A DNA stretch of 64,000 bases from an uncultured candidate division Zixibacteria bacterium. Its GTDB lineage: Bacteria > Zixibacteria > MSB-5A5 > RBG-16-43-9. Below are positions 29,750 to 40,210 of this stretch, in pieces. Position 1 is the first letter of the stretch. Each line of letters starts with the position of its first letter. The DNA is taken from positions 1,176,520-1,240,519 of the forward strand of contig OY970208.1 of the NCBI GenBank assembly GCA_963713865.1, read 5' to 3'. Below the pieces are notes generated by a model. That model searched no databases. It was not told the origin of the DNA and worked only from the letters and a program-made list of their open reading frames with translations. Both the position numbers and the translations under genes were made by a program.

Positions 29750-31147
29750 TTACTTTTGAGGGACCTGAAGCTGATATTGTTTCATCTTGAATCTCAGGCT
29801 GGACTCAGGTATTTTCAAAGCTTGAGCGGCAAATTTTTTCACCCAGTTATTTTCGATCAAGGCCTTAAGAAGATACTGTTTCTCTAATAAGGAGAGCCTC
29901 TCATATAAAGATAGACTCTCTTTTTTGAATTCTTTGGGCAGAGGGAACTTATCCGATAGTAGCTCTTCCAACTTGAATTCGTCGCTCTGGCTGTAAGCTA
30001 AAATACGCTTGGTCTCATTTTCTAACTCCCGTACATTCCCGGGCCAATCATATTCAGAACAGAGCTCCAGGATTAAAGGTTTTAAAGAGAACGCCTTCTG
30101 GTCTCCTTTAGAATGGGTTTTTATGAAATAGTCAACTAAAAGAGGTATATCTTCTCTTCTTTCCTTTAAAGGGAGAAGCTTGAGATTAACTGCATTCAAT
30201 CTAAAATAAAGGTCCTTGCGGAAGCGGCCTTGTGCGACTTCTTCTTCTAAATTCTTATTGGTGGAAGCGACAATCCGGATGTCGATCTTCTTGGGTTTGG
30301 TCTCTCCTAAGCGGGTGATAACCTTCTCCTCCAGTACTCTAAGTAGTTTTACCTGAATAGATGGGCTTAAATCTCCGATCTCGTCTAAATAAAGAGTTCC
30401 TCCATCCGCTTCCTCGAAAAGCCCCTTTTTGTCAAAGGTGGCACCGGTATAGGAACCTTTCTTATGCCCGAAGAGTTCGGATTCTAACAAAGGCTCAGGC
30501 AGAGCCGCACAGTTAACAGCCACAAAATTCTTATCTTTACGGTTGCTGGAATAATGCAATGCCTTAGCCAAGAAGTCTTTACCTGTTCCGGTCTCCCCTT
30601 CGAAAAGGACCGAGAGATTAGTATCCTTGATCTGCTCCAGCTTCCACAAGATCTTGAGCATCTGACTGTTGCGGGTGATGATCTGGGAGAAGGAGCATCT
30701 TTCTTCCAAAAGCTTTCTTAACCTTAAATTATCTTCCTGCAGATTTCTCTTCTGAAGCTCAGAGAGTTTCAAAGCTAACAGATCCGAAAAGGCTACTGCG
30801 AAATTCAGCTCTTTCTGGGTGAAGGATGAAATATCATTAACCCGGTCAAGATAGATGAAGCCGCAGACCTCCTCTCCGGTTAAAAGAGGTATGAGCAGGA
30901 GAGAGTTTATCTTCCCATTTTCTAAAACCTTCTGAACAGATGTGGGGTGAGTAAAGATCAAAGGCTTAAAGAGATTATCCTTAGTATCAGCAGAGGAGAG
31001 ATTAAAGGAATTAGAAGGGACTAAACTCTTAGCCAGATTCCTGGCTTTGTCTGGCTCGATGTTATAGAGTGAAGGGCAAGAAGGCTCTTCTGCTACTCCG
31101 TTTCTATAAACTATAAAACCTCTTTCAGCCTGAATCTTAGAAGCCAA
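29750..31147 (-). CDS. Sigma-54-dependent transcriptional activator (GAF-like sensor, AAA+ domain, C-terminal HTH)
   Basis: GETGTGKDFLAKALH Walker A; ESELFGHKKGSYTGA (GAFTGA-type motif); C-terminal Fis-type HTH. Confidence 0.85.
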   Translation of the reverse strand: MASKIQAERGFIVYRNGVAEEPSCPSLYNIEPDKARNLAKSLVPSNSFNLSSADTKDNLFKPLIFTHPTSVQKVLENGKINSLLLIPLLTGEEVCGFIYLDRVNDISSFTQKELNFAVAFSDLLALKLSELQKRNLQEDNLRLRKLLEERCSFSQIITRNSQMLKILWKLEQIKDTNLSVLFEGETGTGKDFLAKALHYSSNRKDKNFVAVNCAALPEPLLESELFGHKKGSYTGATFDKKGLFEEADGGTLYLDEIGDLSPSIQVKLLRVLEEKVITRLGETKPKKIDIRIVASTNKNLEEEVAQGRFRKDLYFRLNAVNLKLLPLKERREDIPLLVDYFIKTHSKGDQKAFSLKPLILELCSEYDWPGNVRELENETKRILAYSQSDEFKLEELLSDKFPLPKEFKKESLSLYERLSLLEKQYLLKALIENNWVKKFAAQALKIPESSLRFKMKQYQLQVPQK

Positions 31148-32645
31148 AACTATTAATCTTTCTTCCAGAACTTCCTTCCTGTATATCCTGATATTCAGTA
31201 TCAGAGAAGTACTTCCTGAAAAGCTTGAATTCGTTTTCCGAGGAAAGGCTTTTCAGGCTTAAACTCTTTTCTATTTCATCCCGCAAATCACTGCAAAGGG
31301 AAAGATTCTCCTTTTCTTCAAGTTCTTCAAATATTTTTTCAGCTTTATTCAGAGAATAGAGAGAGTTTTCAAAATTTTCCTGTTCAAGTTCAAGTTTAGC
31401 ATGAGTAAACTCAGTTAATCCTTCAAGATATCTCAAATTCAATTCAGCGGAAAGCTTCTTCGCCTTTCCCAAACAATTCAGTTTTTCCGGATAATCGAAA
31501 CCCTGGTTACGAGATAAGGAGATATATACCTTGATCTGCTCATATTTAGCATCGATTTCCTCTAAGAGGCTAACCCCTTTCTCAAAGGCTTCTCTGGCTT
31601 TATCCTTTTCATTTTTCAGGCTGTAGATTTCGCCGGAGATCTTATAAGCCAATCCCTCCTCTAATTTTTCACCCAAGGCTTTAGAAACTTTTAAGGATTT
31701 CTCAACATCCTCTGAGGCTTTTTCTAATTCATTTCCCCTTAGCTCTAACTCGGCTAAAAGCCTGTAGCTCTGGCTGATAATGCCACCTTCTGGTGCTATC
31801 TTTTCTCCGATTTTAATAGCATTCAGATAACAGGATTTAGCCTCCTCTAACTTTTTCTGTTGAAAATATAGTTCCCCTTGATACTCGTAATAGATGGCTA
31901 AATCTCTTAAGGATTCGTTTCTGCTAAGAAGCTGAAAAGCTCGGAGAAAATAGGAAGAGGCTTTTTTAAACTCTCTTTTTAAAATCTTAAGATAACCTAG
32001 GGAGAGGAGGCAACGAGATAAATTAATTTTCTGGCCAGCATTCTTAGTTTCCTTTATGTTGGATAAAAGATGCTTTTCAGCTAAGTCCAGTTCACCGCTC
32101 AGGGTGTAAATTCTACCCAAGTTTCTCTGGAATATACCGAGGGTTACCCAATCCCGGCTTTTTTCTAAATAGGAGATGCATTCCTTAAGGTATTCTACAG
32201 CCTGCACATAATCCGAACGGATGAAACAGATCTGGGCAAGTTTGTTATAGCTCTGGACAATCCCTCTCTCCTCGTCTATCCTTCTACAAGTGGCAATTGA
32301 ATCCCTGAACTCATTTTCTGCCTGTTTCAATCTCCCTGAAGCAAGATAAGATTTGCCCAGGATTGATTGTACCTGGGCAATCCTTTTGTTCTCTATGGTG
32401 TTCCTGAAGAGTTCAAAAGATTTTTTACCGCTCTCCAGCGATTCGTCGTATCTGCCCAGACCGTATAATGCCACTGCGGAAAGATAATAGAATACCCCCA
32501 TATCCAAAGAGCTGGTATTTAAACCTCCTTGGGTTTCAACCTCCTTGAGCTGTTGCCCGGCCTCCTTGAATTTATCTTTTTCTAAGAGGTGTTCAATCTG
32601 CTCAAGTCTTTCCTTAATTGATAAACCTTCTAATTTCTCCTTCAT
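31137..32645 (-). CDS. TPR-repeat protein
   Basis: 502 aa with repeated TPR-like units; overlaps start of the sigma-54 activator gene. Confidence 0.55.
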   Translation of the reverse strand: MKEKLEGLSIKERLEQIEHLLEKDKFKEAGQQLKEVETQGGLNTSSLDMGVFYYLSAVALYGLGRYDESLESGKKSFELFRNTIENKRIAQVQSILGKSYLASGRLKQAENEFRDSIATCRRIDEERGIVQSYNKLAQICFIRSDYVQAVEYLKECISYLEKSRDWVTLGIFQRNLGRIYTLSGELDLAEKHLLSNIKETKNAGQKINLSRCLLSLGYLKILKREFKKASSYFLRAFQLLSRNESLRDLAIYYEYQGELYFQQKKLEEAKSCYLNAIKIGEKIAPEGGIISQSYRLLAELELRGNELEKASEDVEKSLKVSKALGEKLEEGLAYKISGEIYSLKNEKDKAREAFEKGVSLLEEIDAKYEQIKVYISLSRNQGFDYPEKLNCLGKAKKLSAELNLRYLEGLTEFTHAKLELEQENFENSLYSLNKAEKIFEELEEKENLSLCSDLRDEIEKSLSLKSLSSENEFKLFRKYFSDTEYQDIQEGSSGRKINSFGF

Positions 32646-32947
32646 TTCTTCCTAGGTAAAGAAACGTTTTTGACTGACACATCCTTATTGACAACTTCCT
32701 GACTTTTCTCTTTCACTACCACGATGATAACTCCAGAATTAAGAAGTGGTGATGAGAAGATATAGACTTGACTGGTGGACGGGGTTAGATCCGGATTCCT
32801 GATAATTGGGGGCTGTGGTCGCTTTACTTCCTCCCACGGGTGTTCTAATACAGGAATATCTGAACCATCGCCCGCGTAAACAAGCGGAACTGAGAATGAG
32901 AATATGAGAAGTATCAAAAAGGGTGTCAGGCACTTCCTTAAAGTCAT
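32642..32947 (-). CDS. Small secreted protein, unknown function
   Basis: Signal peptide (LILLIFSFSVPLVYA); 101 aa. Confidence 0.4.
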   Translation of the reverse strand: MTLRKCLTPFLILLIFSFSVPLVYAGDGSDIPVLEHPWEEVKRPQPPIIRNPDLTPSTSQVYIFSSPLLNSGVIIVVVKEKSQEVVNKDVSVKNVSLPRKK

Positions 32948-33245
32948 CTTTTTCGCCTCCTTTGCGCTTTTTTGGTTTTCTTTACCTTACTACTTCTTTC
33001 AAAAATGAGCTTTAAAACATCAATACAAAATAGATTTCTTACCACTAAAAATTTAGTCTATTTTAAAATATTGTCAAGTCTTTTTTTCAAAAATCTAACC
33101 AGAGAATCTTTTTATCTTACAATAAGTTATACGAACGAAGGGATTGATTTTGGAGCCAATTTCAGGATTGGTATTTCCAGGGGGAACAACTTAGATTTAA
33201 ATTGCAGTGAAAGACTAATTTTAAAAGGATAGTTGATTAGATAAA

Positions 33246-33695
33246 CTACATCCCAGTTACTCTCAAGTTATATATTTTCCACTTTCCATCTTTGAAGTAA
33301 AGACCCATGTTAGTATAATTCTTAATCCCGGTTATTTTGCTGACATAGGTAACTTCAACTGCGGCTGAATCCCTTTTAACTTTTGATTTCCCTATTACTA
33401 CCAAACTGTTTTTCCAGCTCATCCGGGTAGATCCATCTCCGGTTAAATCTCTCAAAATTTCCTGTCTGATGTTAGGATAAAGTTCCTCCTTCTCTTTTAC
33501 CGAAAAACCTTTCAGATTTTCACCTGCAATGTACTCCAAATCCAGATATTCCTTTAAAGCGGTGGTATCAGATTGATCCACTGCGGTCATAAGTTTTTTT
33601 ACCTCTTCCCTGGGATCAGGTTTATTAGAGCAGGAAGTCAAGGAGATTATAAAAAGTAAAAGGGATAAACCGATCATTTGAAAAAGCCTTTTCAT
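33246..33695 (-). CDS. Lipoprotein, unknown function
   Basis: Signal peptide with lipobox LTSCS. Confidence 0.45.
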   Translation of the reverse strand: MKRLFQMIGLSLLLFIISLTSCSNKPDPREEVKKLMTAVDQSDTTALKEYLDLEYIAGENLKGFSVKEKEELYPNIRQEILRDLTGDGSTRMSWKNSLVVIGKSKVKRDSAAVEVTYVSKITGIKNYTNMGLYFKDGKWKIYNLRVTGM

Positions 33696-34160
33696 CTTTT
33701 CCTCACTTTCTTTTTGGCTGCCAATTTTTTAGGCTTAAACTTTTTAATTGAATCAAACAACTTGTTTTCTTCAGAAGAAAATATCACTCAAACTTAAAGG
33801 TCTGTCAATACCTATTTATAGAATATTTTTGTTTAAAAGGTATCAGGGGCAGGCACAGGGGCCTGCCCCTACCTCTTTCTGTCATTCTGAAGGAATCCCA
33901 CCAAAAGCTGGCGACTGAAGAATCTACTTCAAAGCAAAATTCAATAGATTCTTCGATTGACAAGGCGTGATCAGAATAACAGTAGAAGTAAGGTTATAGT
34001 TAAACGTTCCTACAAAACATCTTCAAATCATAAGGGTTAATATAGGGTTTGCTCCTGCATAATTCTGCAATATTAAAGGTTAATTCTGGTTGACAACTTC
34101 AGGATTTGTTACTTACTTTAGCAAAAGGCTTTTTGAAAGAAGGCGGAGGAGATAAAACGA

Positions 34161-34817
34161 ATGGAAAAAGAACTTAAAGTTTTTATGCAAAGATGTTACA
34201 ATTCGGTCCTGGAGGGGAATAAAGAGGAGGTTATAAAGTTATCCAGAGAAGCTATTAAATTAAAATACGACCCCTATCTTGTAGTTGAGAAAGGTCTGGT
34301 CGAAGGCATTAAGAAGTTAGGAAAAGAATGGGAGCAGGGGAGTTGTTTTCTACCTGAACTGGTCTTAGGAGCAGAGGCGGTAAAGGCTGGTATCTCAATT
34401 CTACAAAAACAGATTTTAAAAGTAAAGGCTGAAAAGAAAAGATTGCCCCGGCTGATAATCGGCACCATCGAAGGGGATATACATGATATCGGAAAGATGT
34501 TGGTTGCCACTATGCTCTCAGCCAACGGGTTTGAGGTGATCGATTTAGGCGTGGATGTCAAAGCTGAGGTTTTTGTCAAATCTGCAAAAAGGTACGAGCC
34601 GAAATTCCTCTGTATTTCGTCTTTACTTACTACTACTATGCAGAATGAGATTCAGGTCATGGAGGGATTAAAAAAAGCTAATCTAAGAAAAAAGATCAAA
34701 GTTATGGTGGGTGGGGCACCAGCCAGCCAGGGCTGGGCAAAAGAGATCGGAGCAGATTTCTACGGGGAGAATGCTATTTCAGCAGTAAAAATTGCTCGAA
34801 AAGAGATGAGCGAATGA
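34161..34817 (+). CDS. Cobalamin-binding corrinoid protein (B12-binding cap plus Rossmann domain)
   Basis: GDIHDIGK (DxHxxG B12 motif), helical cap N-terminus. Confidence 0.8.
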   Translation: MEKELKVFMQRCYNSVLEGNKEEVIKLSREAIKLKYDPYLVVEKGLVEGIKKLGKEWEQGSCFLPELVLGAEAVKAGISILQKQILKVKAEKKRLPRLIIGTIEGDIHDIGKMLVATMLSANGFEVIDLGVDVKAEVFVKSAKRYEPKFLCISSLLTTTMQNEIQVMEGLKKANLRKKIKVMVGGAPASQGWAKEIGADFYGENAISAVKIARKEMSE

Positions 34818-35725
34818 AAGGAACGCAAGGTAAAAAATCTATATTAGAATTGGGCAGGGAAAAGGTGGTTTTATTGGATGGGGCAATGGGAACGATGCTT
34901 TTCTCTGCGGGTCTGCCCTACAATAAACCGCCTGAACTGTGGAACCTTTCACATCCAGAAATAATTTTAAAGATTCACCAGAGATATATCCGGGCAGGTG
35001 TAGATATAATCCAGACCAATACTTTCGGAGCAAGCAGCCTGAAGTTAAAAAAATCAGGAAATGAAAAGAAGGTGGGGAAAATCAATCTATCTGCAGTGAG
35101 GATTGCAAATGAAGCCTGTCCGGTTGACAAGTATGTTGCCGGGAATATCGGACCCAGCGGTGAATTTTTTGAGCCTTTAGGTAAGGCAAAATTTAGAGAG
35201 CTAAAAAAAGTTTTTTCCAGACAGGCTGAACTGCTTTTGGGAGGTGGAGTTGACCTTTTTTCTATTGAGACGATGTTTGATTTAAGAGAAGCCTTATCCG
35301 CAGTTGAAGGAGTTAGGGAAGTATCTTCACTTCCCCTTTTCATCTGTATGACCTTTGAAAAAAAAATCAAGGGGTATTTTACGCTGATGGGGGATGAGGT
35401 TTCATTCTCTTTGAAAAAGCTCGAAGAGGCAGGTGCGGATGTGGTTGGGGCTAACTGTACCCTGGGTAGTGCAGAGATGATAGGATTGATCCCGGTAATG
35501 AAGAAAAGCACAAATCTACCGCTAATAGTTCAGCCAAATGCTGGAAAACCGGTGATTCGCAAAGGGAAAACGGTTTATCTTCAAAAACCAGATTCTTTTG
35601 CTAAGGATATATTTAGGATGATAAAGTCAGGGGTTAATTTTGCAGGAGGGTGCTGTGGCACTACCCCGGAATTTATTAGAAAGATTAAGGAAGGTTTGGA
35701 AAACTGTGAAAGACGGAAGTGCTGA
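34814..35725 (+). CDS. Homocysteine S-methyltransferase-domain protein (MetH N-terminal domain-like, Zn-thiolate)
   Basis: VLLDGAMGTML, ANCTLG, GGCCGTTPEFI Zn-ligand cysteines. Confidence 0.8.
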   Translation: MKGTQGKKSILELGREKVVLLDGAMGTMLFSAGLPYNKPPELWNLSHPEIILKIHQRYIRAGVDIIQTNTFGASSLKLKKSGNEKKVGKINLSAVRIANEACPVDKYVAGNIGPSGEFFEPLGKAKFRELKKVFSRQAELLLGGGVDLFSIETMFDLREALSAVEGVREVSSLPLFICMTFEKKIKGYFTLMGDEVSFSLKKLEEAGADVVGANCTLGSAEMIGLIPVMKKSTNLPLIVQPNAGKPVIRKGKTVYLQKPDSFAKDIFRMIKSGVNFAGGCCGTTPEFIRKIKEGLENCERRKC

Positions 35726-35932
35726 GTAGTAAAGGGTGTAGAGACGCATTGCTATGCGTTTCTACGAAAGAATAATCGCGTAAGGGTGGGTGAAGAGCTG
35801 GTTGAGCGAAGCGAAATCCCGCTTTAGCGGGATCTCCACCCTTCACCCTTGTCAGGTCGGGGGACCTGACAAACACTGAGTATTTTTTAATGATTAAAGC
35901 TAAAGCTTTACACTCCAGTTTGAAGATAAAAT

Positions 35933-36571
35933 ATGTTTGAGATAATTGAGAATTTCAAGGTAACAGTTGATCATAAGGAAATATTAAGGCTTTTAGGGCA
36001 TACCCCAGAAGATAAAAAGATAAAAGATAGCTCAAGGAAATTGATTGTGGAGATGATAGAGCTTTCTTTTGAGCTGACTAAACCTAAAGGGATTTATACT
36101 GTCAAAGATATAAAAGAATTGCCAGAAGAATGCTCTTTTAACTCAGGTGAAAAAGTTGCATTCGGAATATCTACTATCAGTGAGAAGTTAGAGAAAAAGG
36201 TTAAGAGTTTAAGTTCTAAGGGTGAACAAACCAGAGCGGTTATTTTGGATGCCATTGGTTCTGTGGCGGCTGAATATACAGCAGAATATCTGAATCAGAT
36301 TATCATAGATAAAGCTGAAGAAGATAATCTATATCATAGCCCCAGGTTCAGTCCGGGATATGGAGGATGGAAGTTAGAAGGGCAGAGACTTATCTTCAAT
36401 TTATTACCAGCAGAAAAGATCAGAGTGAGTTTAAATCAATTTTATATGATGGTACCTAAAAAATCGGTCTCCTTTGCAGTTAATTTGAGCAGAAATCGTT
36501 TTAAAGGGAAAAACCTGTCACCCTGCGAAATCTGTGGATTAAAAGAGTGCCATTTTAAAAAAGAAAAATGA
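35933..36571 (+). CDS. Methionine synthase activation-domain-like protein (putative reactivation component)
   Basis: 212 aa; RFSPGYGGW and MVPKKSVSF segments resemble the MetH activation domain as I recall it; tentative. Confidence 0.4.
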   Translation: MFEIIENFKVTVDHKEILRLLGHTPEDKKIKDSSRKLIVEMIELSFELTKPKGIYTVKDIKELPEECSFNSGEKVAFGISTISEKLEKKVKSLSSKGEQTRAVILDAIGSVAAEYTAEYLNQIIIDKAEEDNLYHSPRFSPGYGGWKLEGQRLIFNLLPAEKIRVSLNQFYMMVPKKSVSFAVNLSRNRFKGKNLSPCEICGLKECHFKKEK

Positions 36572-36581
36572 AGGAGGGAAC

Positions 36582-38060
36582 TTGAGGATATTCAGGCGTC
36601 CTGAATTAGAACTCTTAGATAAGAAAAGGGTTGAGCATATTATAGATGAAGCTTTGGAGCTGCTTTTAAAGGTTGGAGTTTTTGTGGAGAACAAAGAAGG
36701 GCTTGCTCTTTTGGGTGATGCTGGAACAGGGATAGATAAGAAGAAGAAAAGAGCCTATCTTAAAAAAGAGTTGGTTGAAAGATGTCTTAAAACTTGTCCA
36801 AAGGTAATTGAGGTTTATGACCGTGAAGAGAGGTTAGCTCTAAATCTAAAAGAAGATAAAGTCCATTTCAATCCCGGCTCTGCGGCTCTTTGGATTTATG
36901 ACTTAAAAAAAGATGTGATCAGAGAACCAGTAACTTCTGATCTGATTAAATTTGCCCAGCTGGTGGATGGGTTGGATTACCTGAAAGCCCAGAGCACTGC
37001 TTTAATCCCTTCGGATGTGCCCAAGAAAATGGCAGATCGGTATCGGCTTTTCATTTCACTTTTATTTTCAGTTAAGCCAGTTATCACCGGGACATTTGAG
37101 AAAGATGCTTTTAAGATTATGAAAGATATGCTGGTTTGTATTAGAGGTGGCGAGGGTAATTTAAGAAAAAAGCCCTTAGCCATTTTCGACTGTTGTCCAT
37201 CGCCCCCTTTGAAATGGAGCGATTTAACCTGCCAGAACTTGATCGATTGTGCGAAAAGCGGGATCCCGGCTGAGCTGGTCTCTATGCCTTTAAGCGGGGC
37301 AACTGCACCGATTACCTTAGTTGGAAGCTTAGTTCAGCATACGGCGGAGAATCTAAGCGGGATCGTTATCCATCAACTTACTCGCAGAGGTTCGCCGATT
37401 ATCTACGGTGGCTCACCCTCCGGTTTTGATATGAGGACCGGGACAACTCCCATGGGGGCAATCGAGACTATGATGATAGATTCAGCTTTTAACCAGATCG
37501 GGAAGTATTTTGGACTCCCCACCCATGCCTATATGGGGCTTAGCGACTCCAAGACAATGGATTATCAAGCCGGTTTAGAATCAGGGATCGGTGCGATTTT
37601 AGCTGCCTTATCCGGGATAAATGTTGTTTCCGGACCAGGTATGCTCGATTTTGAAAGTTGCCAGAGTTTAGAGAAGCTGGTTATAGATAACGAGATCTGC
37701 GGGATGGCATATCGATTGATTGAGGGGATTAATTTTAAAGATAAAACTCCTTCTTTAGACCTGTTCAAGGAGGAGTTTTTAGAAAAAGGGTTTTTGACCT
37801 CTCCTTATACTCTTAAATGGTTTAAAAAGGAGTTTTTCTTTCCCAGCCAGGTGATAGACCGGTCAAATTTAGGTGAATGGATCAAGAAAGGTAAAAAGAG
37901 CGCGATCTGGAAAGCCAGGGAACTGGTTGAGAAAATAGTTTCTCTTAAAAGCTTTAACCAGGTTCCGGTAGAAAAAAAGAAAGAGCTTCAGAAGATTATC
38001 CTGATGGATGCGAAGAACTATGAATTTGATCAGGAGTTGAAGAAGAGGTTTAAGAATTGA
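36582..38060 (+). CDS. MttB-superfamily (trimethylamine / quaternary-amine) corrinoid methyltransferase
   Basis: 492 aa, size and N-terminal region consistent with MttB family; substrate unknown. Confidence 0.7.
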   Translation: MRIFRRPELELLDKKRVEHIIDEALELLLKVGVFVENKEGLALLGDAGTGIDKKKKRAYLKKELVERCLKTCPKVIEVYDREERLALNLKEDKVHFNPGSAALWIYDLKKDVIREPVTSDLIKFAQLVDGLDYLKAQSTALIPSDVPKKMADRYRLFISLLFSVKPVITGTFEKDAFKIMKDMLVCIRGGEGNLRKKPLAIFDCCPSPPLKWSDLTCQNLIDCAKSGIPAELVSMPLSGATAPITLVGSLVQHTAENLSGIVIHQLTRRGSPIIYGGSPSGFDMRTGTTPMGAIETMMIDSAFNQIGKYFGLPTHAYMGLSDSKTMDYQAGLESGIGAILAALSGINVVSGPGMLDFESCQSLEKLVIDNEICGMAYRLIEGINFKDKTPSLDLFKEEFLEKGFLTSPYTLKWFKKEFFFPSQVIDRSNLGEWIKKGKKSAIWKARELVEKIVSLKSFNQVPVEKKKELQKIILMDAKNYEFDQELKKRFKN

Positions 38061-38437
38061 TAATAAATGTCATTTTGAGCGAAGCGAAAAATCTAAGGCT
38101 AAAAGGAAGAAGACTCTTTGCCCATTTTTCCCAGAATGACAGAATGAAACAGAAGTATCCAACTTTGACGGACTGTACCTTTACAATTTCAGTATAATTC
38201 TTTACTATTTTACTAAGAAAATTCAAGTTTTCCCTGATTTTGCCGATAAAAACAATAGAACTTTCAAGATTTTTACTTGACAAAACCGGTTTTTTACGTA
38301 TATTGATATTGTAAGGGATTAGAAGGAAAGAGTTAGTTGATTTTAAAATACCTTAAAAGATTTTAATTGACCATGAGAGTTTTTAGTTTTGTAGTATCTT
38401 TCATGGTTTTTTTGTTTTAACGTCAGGTTAGTGAAAG

Positions 38438-38656
38438 GTGGTGAATAAGATTTTGGCAGAAGGGAAAGTGAAGTGGTTCAACGAGGCTAAGGGATTTGGA
38501 TTTATCGAGCCCAAGGAAGGGGGGAAGGATGTCTTTGTGCATTATTCCGCGATAAAGTCGGAGGGATATAAGTCCCTGAAAGAGGGAGACGAGGTTAGCT
38601 TCGATACTACCGAGGGTCCTAAAGGACCGCAGGCAATTAATGTAGTTAAATTATAA
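38438..38656 (+). CDS. Cold-shock protein (CspA family)
   Basis: [14 protein letters not shown]...[11 protein letters not shown] motifs; long 5-prime leader. Confidence 0.95.
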   Translation: MVNKILAEGKVKWFNEAKGFGFIEPKEGGKDVFVHYSAIKSEGYKSLKEGDEVSFDTTEGPKGPQAINVVKL

Positions 38657-38680
38657 TATAAGATTTAACCGCATTATCAA

Positions 38681-38712
38681 CCCTCCCGTATAAAAGCGGG
38701 AGGGTTTTTTAT
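38681..38712 (+). terminator. Rho-independent terminator downstream of csp
   Basis: ccctcccg-tataaaa-gcgggaggg followed by tttttt. Confidence 0.75.
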
Positions 38713-38771
38713 TTTATTTGTAGAGACGCATAGAATGCGTCTCTTTATTATTCCCCTCCTTTTCAAGGAGA

Positions 38772-38821
38772 GGGTCAGGGTGAGGTCATAGTACTAAAAA
38801 AGGAACAGACAAGATGTCTGT
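38772..38821 (+). repeat. Dispersed repeat copy: GGGTCAGGGTGAGGTCA ... ACAGACAAGATGTCTGT
   Basis: See 17592 and 17826. Confidence 0.75.
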
Positions 38822-38870
38822 TATACCATTTTTTGTGACCCTGAAAGGGTCACACTACGAAATGCTACCA

Positions 38871-38938
38871 GGAGTGCATCAGCTTGTCGAGATTGACCTT
38901 GAGGCTGATGCAAACAAAAGCAAGCTTTTGCACTCCAA
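38871..38938. repeat. Miniature element with 8-bp terminal inverted repeats GGAGTGCA ... TGCACTCC
   Basis: Exact TIRs flanking 52 bp containing an internal hairpin; related termini at 26626-26672 and 16700-16740. Confidence 0.6.
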
Positions 38939-40195
38939 CTAAAACAATCCCAACTGCTCGGTATCTTTTTTTACTTCTACTTTCTCTCTTTCTTCAAATA
39001 TTTTTATCTTACCATAGACTCCGTCGTGGCCCGGAATTATAGTCAAATTTCTCTCACTTACTCTTTTGATACCTTCAAGTATTTTAGGTGGTGTTTCTAA
39101 AGATAATTCCTCCAGCGAAAGGTCAAGAAGGATTTTAAACTCATTTCCGAAGTTCTGGATCATTTTTTTATACTCTTCTTCCACACCTTTGGTATCCGGT
39201 GCTTGACCCAGGGCTTCTGCAATTATTTCTTGTAGCGGAATCAAATTTTTGAAGGGTATAGAATTGGGTGGGATAAACCCTTCGGGTCTATCGGCTAAAT
39301 CCTCTACCCGGTGCATCACTCCAACTGTGATCCTTTTATGACAGACCGGACAGAGGTATTTATTTTTTTTGGTCTCTGCTGGCGAGAATAATACCCCGCA
39401 GTTTCTATGTCCATCAAAATGGTATTTCCCTTCTTCGGGGAAAAATTCGAGGGTATATAAAAATTTATTTTTATCCTTTGATTTTATTGTGTCTACTATC
39501 TCCCTATAATCTAACTCGCAGTCAAATAGATTCGCCTCTCTTCCGAGCTTGGATGGTGAATGAGCGTCTGAATTAGAGATTAATGTAATCTTATCTAACT
39601 TTGATAATCTCCAGTTCATCTGCGGATCTGAGGAAAGTCCGGTTTCGATTGAATAAATATATTTAGAATATTCACCAAAGCATTCTTCAATTGAATCGAA
39701 CCCGGAATTTGCTCCGAAGATGGAAAACCAGGGGGTCCAGGCATGAGCCGGAATGATCAAACATTCCTGGGATACTCCCAATATGATTTTTAATAAATCC
39801 TTAGCCGGGAAGGTGAAAACAGGCCTGCCATCTGAGGACAATTTACCTAAATTTTCCAGTTTTTTATTGATTTTTTCAACTATCTCAAAAGACGGGGCGA
39901 AAACCAGGGTATGGATTTTTCTCAATCTTCCATTTTGATGAAAGATGTTGTTCAACTCTGCAGTGAGGATGAATCTGACGGGATATTTTTTATTTTTCAA
40001 TTGAAAGAGCCCGTTCCCCAGAGGCTCTAACTTCTCTTTCAATTCAGAAAGATAGGACGGATGAGTGAAATCCCCGGTTCCTAAAAGGGATATTCCCTTT
40101 ATCTCTGCCCATTTGGACAGGGAGTCAACCTCCATCTCCTGAGAGGTTGCCCGGCTGTATTTGGAATGGATATGAAAATCTGCGATGAAACGCAT
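38939..40195 (-). CDS. PHP-domain protein, endonuclease Q-like (TIGR00375-type)
   Basis: N-terminal FIADFHIHSKYS PHP motif; C-terminal Zn-finger-like CPVCHKR...GHRNC. Confidence 0.5.
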   Translation of the reverse strand: MRFIADFHIHSKYSRATSQEMEVDSLSKWAEIKGISLLGTGDFTHPSYLSELKEKLEPLGNGLFQLKNKKYPVRFILTAELNNIFHQNGRLRKIHTLVFAPSFEIVEKINKKLENLGKLSSDGRPVFTFPAKDLLKIILGVSQECLIIPAHAWTPWFSIFGANSGFDSIEECFGEYSKYIYSIETGLSSDPQMNWRLSKLDKITLISNSDAHSPSKLGREANLFDCELDYREIVDTIKSKDKNKFLYTLEFFPEEGKYHFDGHRNCGVLFSPAETKKNKYLCPVCHKRITVGVMHRVEDLADRPEGFIPPNSIPFKNLIPLQEIIAEALGQAPDTKGVEEEYKKMIQNFGNEFKILLDLSLEELSLETPPKILEGIKRVSERNLTIIPGHDGVYGKIKIFEEREKVEVKKDTEQLGLF

Positions 40196-40210
40196 AGGGT
40201 TATGTCCTTG

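Noticed and set aside
33830-33960. Possible cobalamin riboswitch (GGTGGGATTCC on minus strand) near the corrinoid operon
   Set aside because: Downstream B12-box (GCCACTG-type) not found; wrong strand for the corrinoid operon; the adjacent GGGGCAGGC/GCCTGCCCC hairpin resembles the generic repeats.
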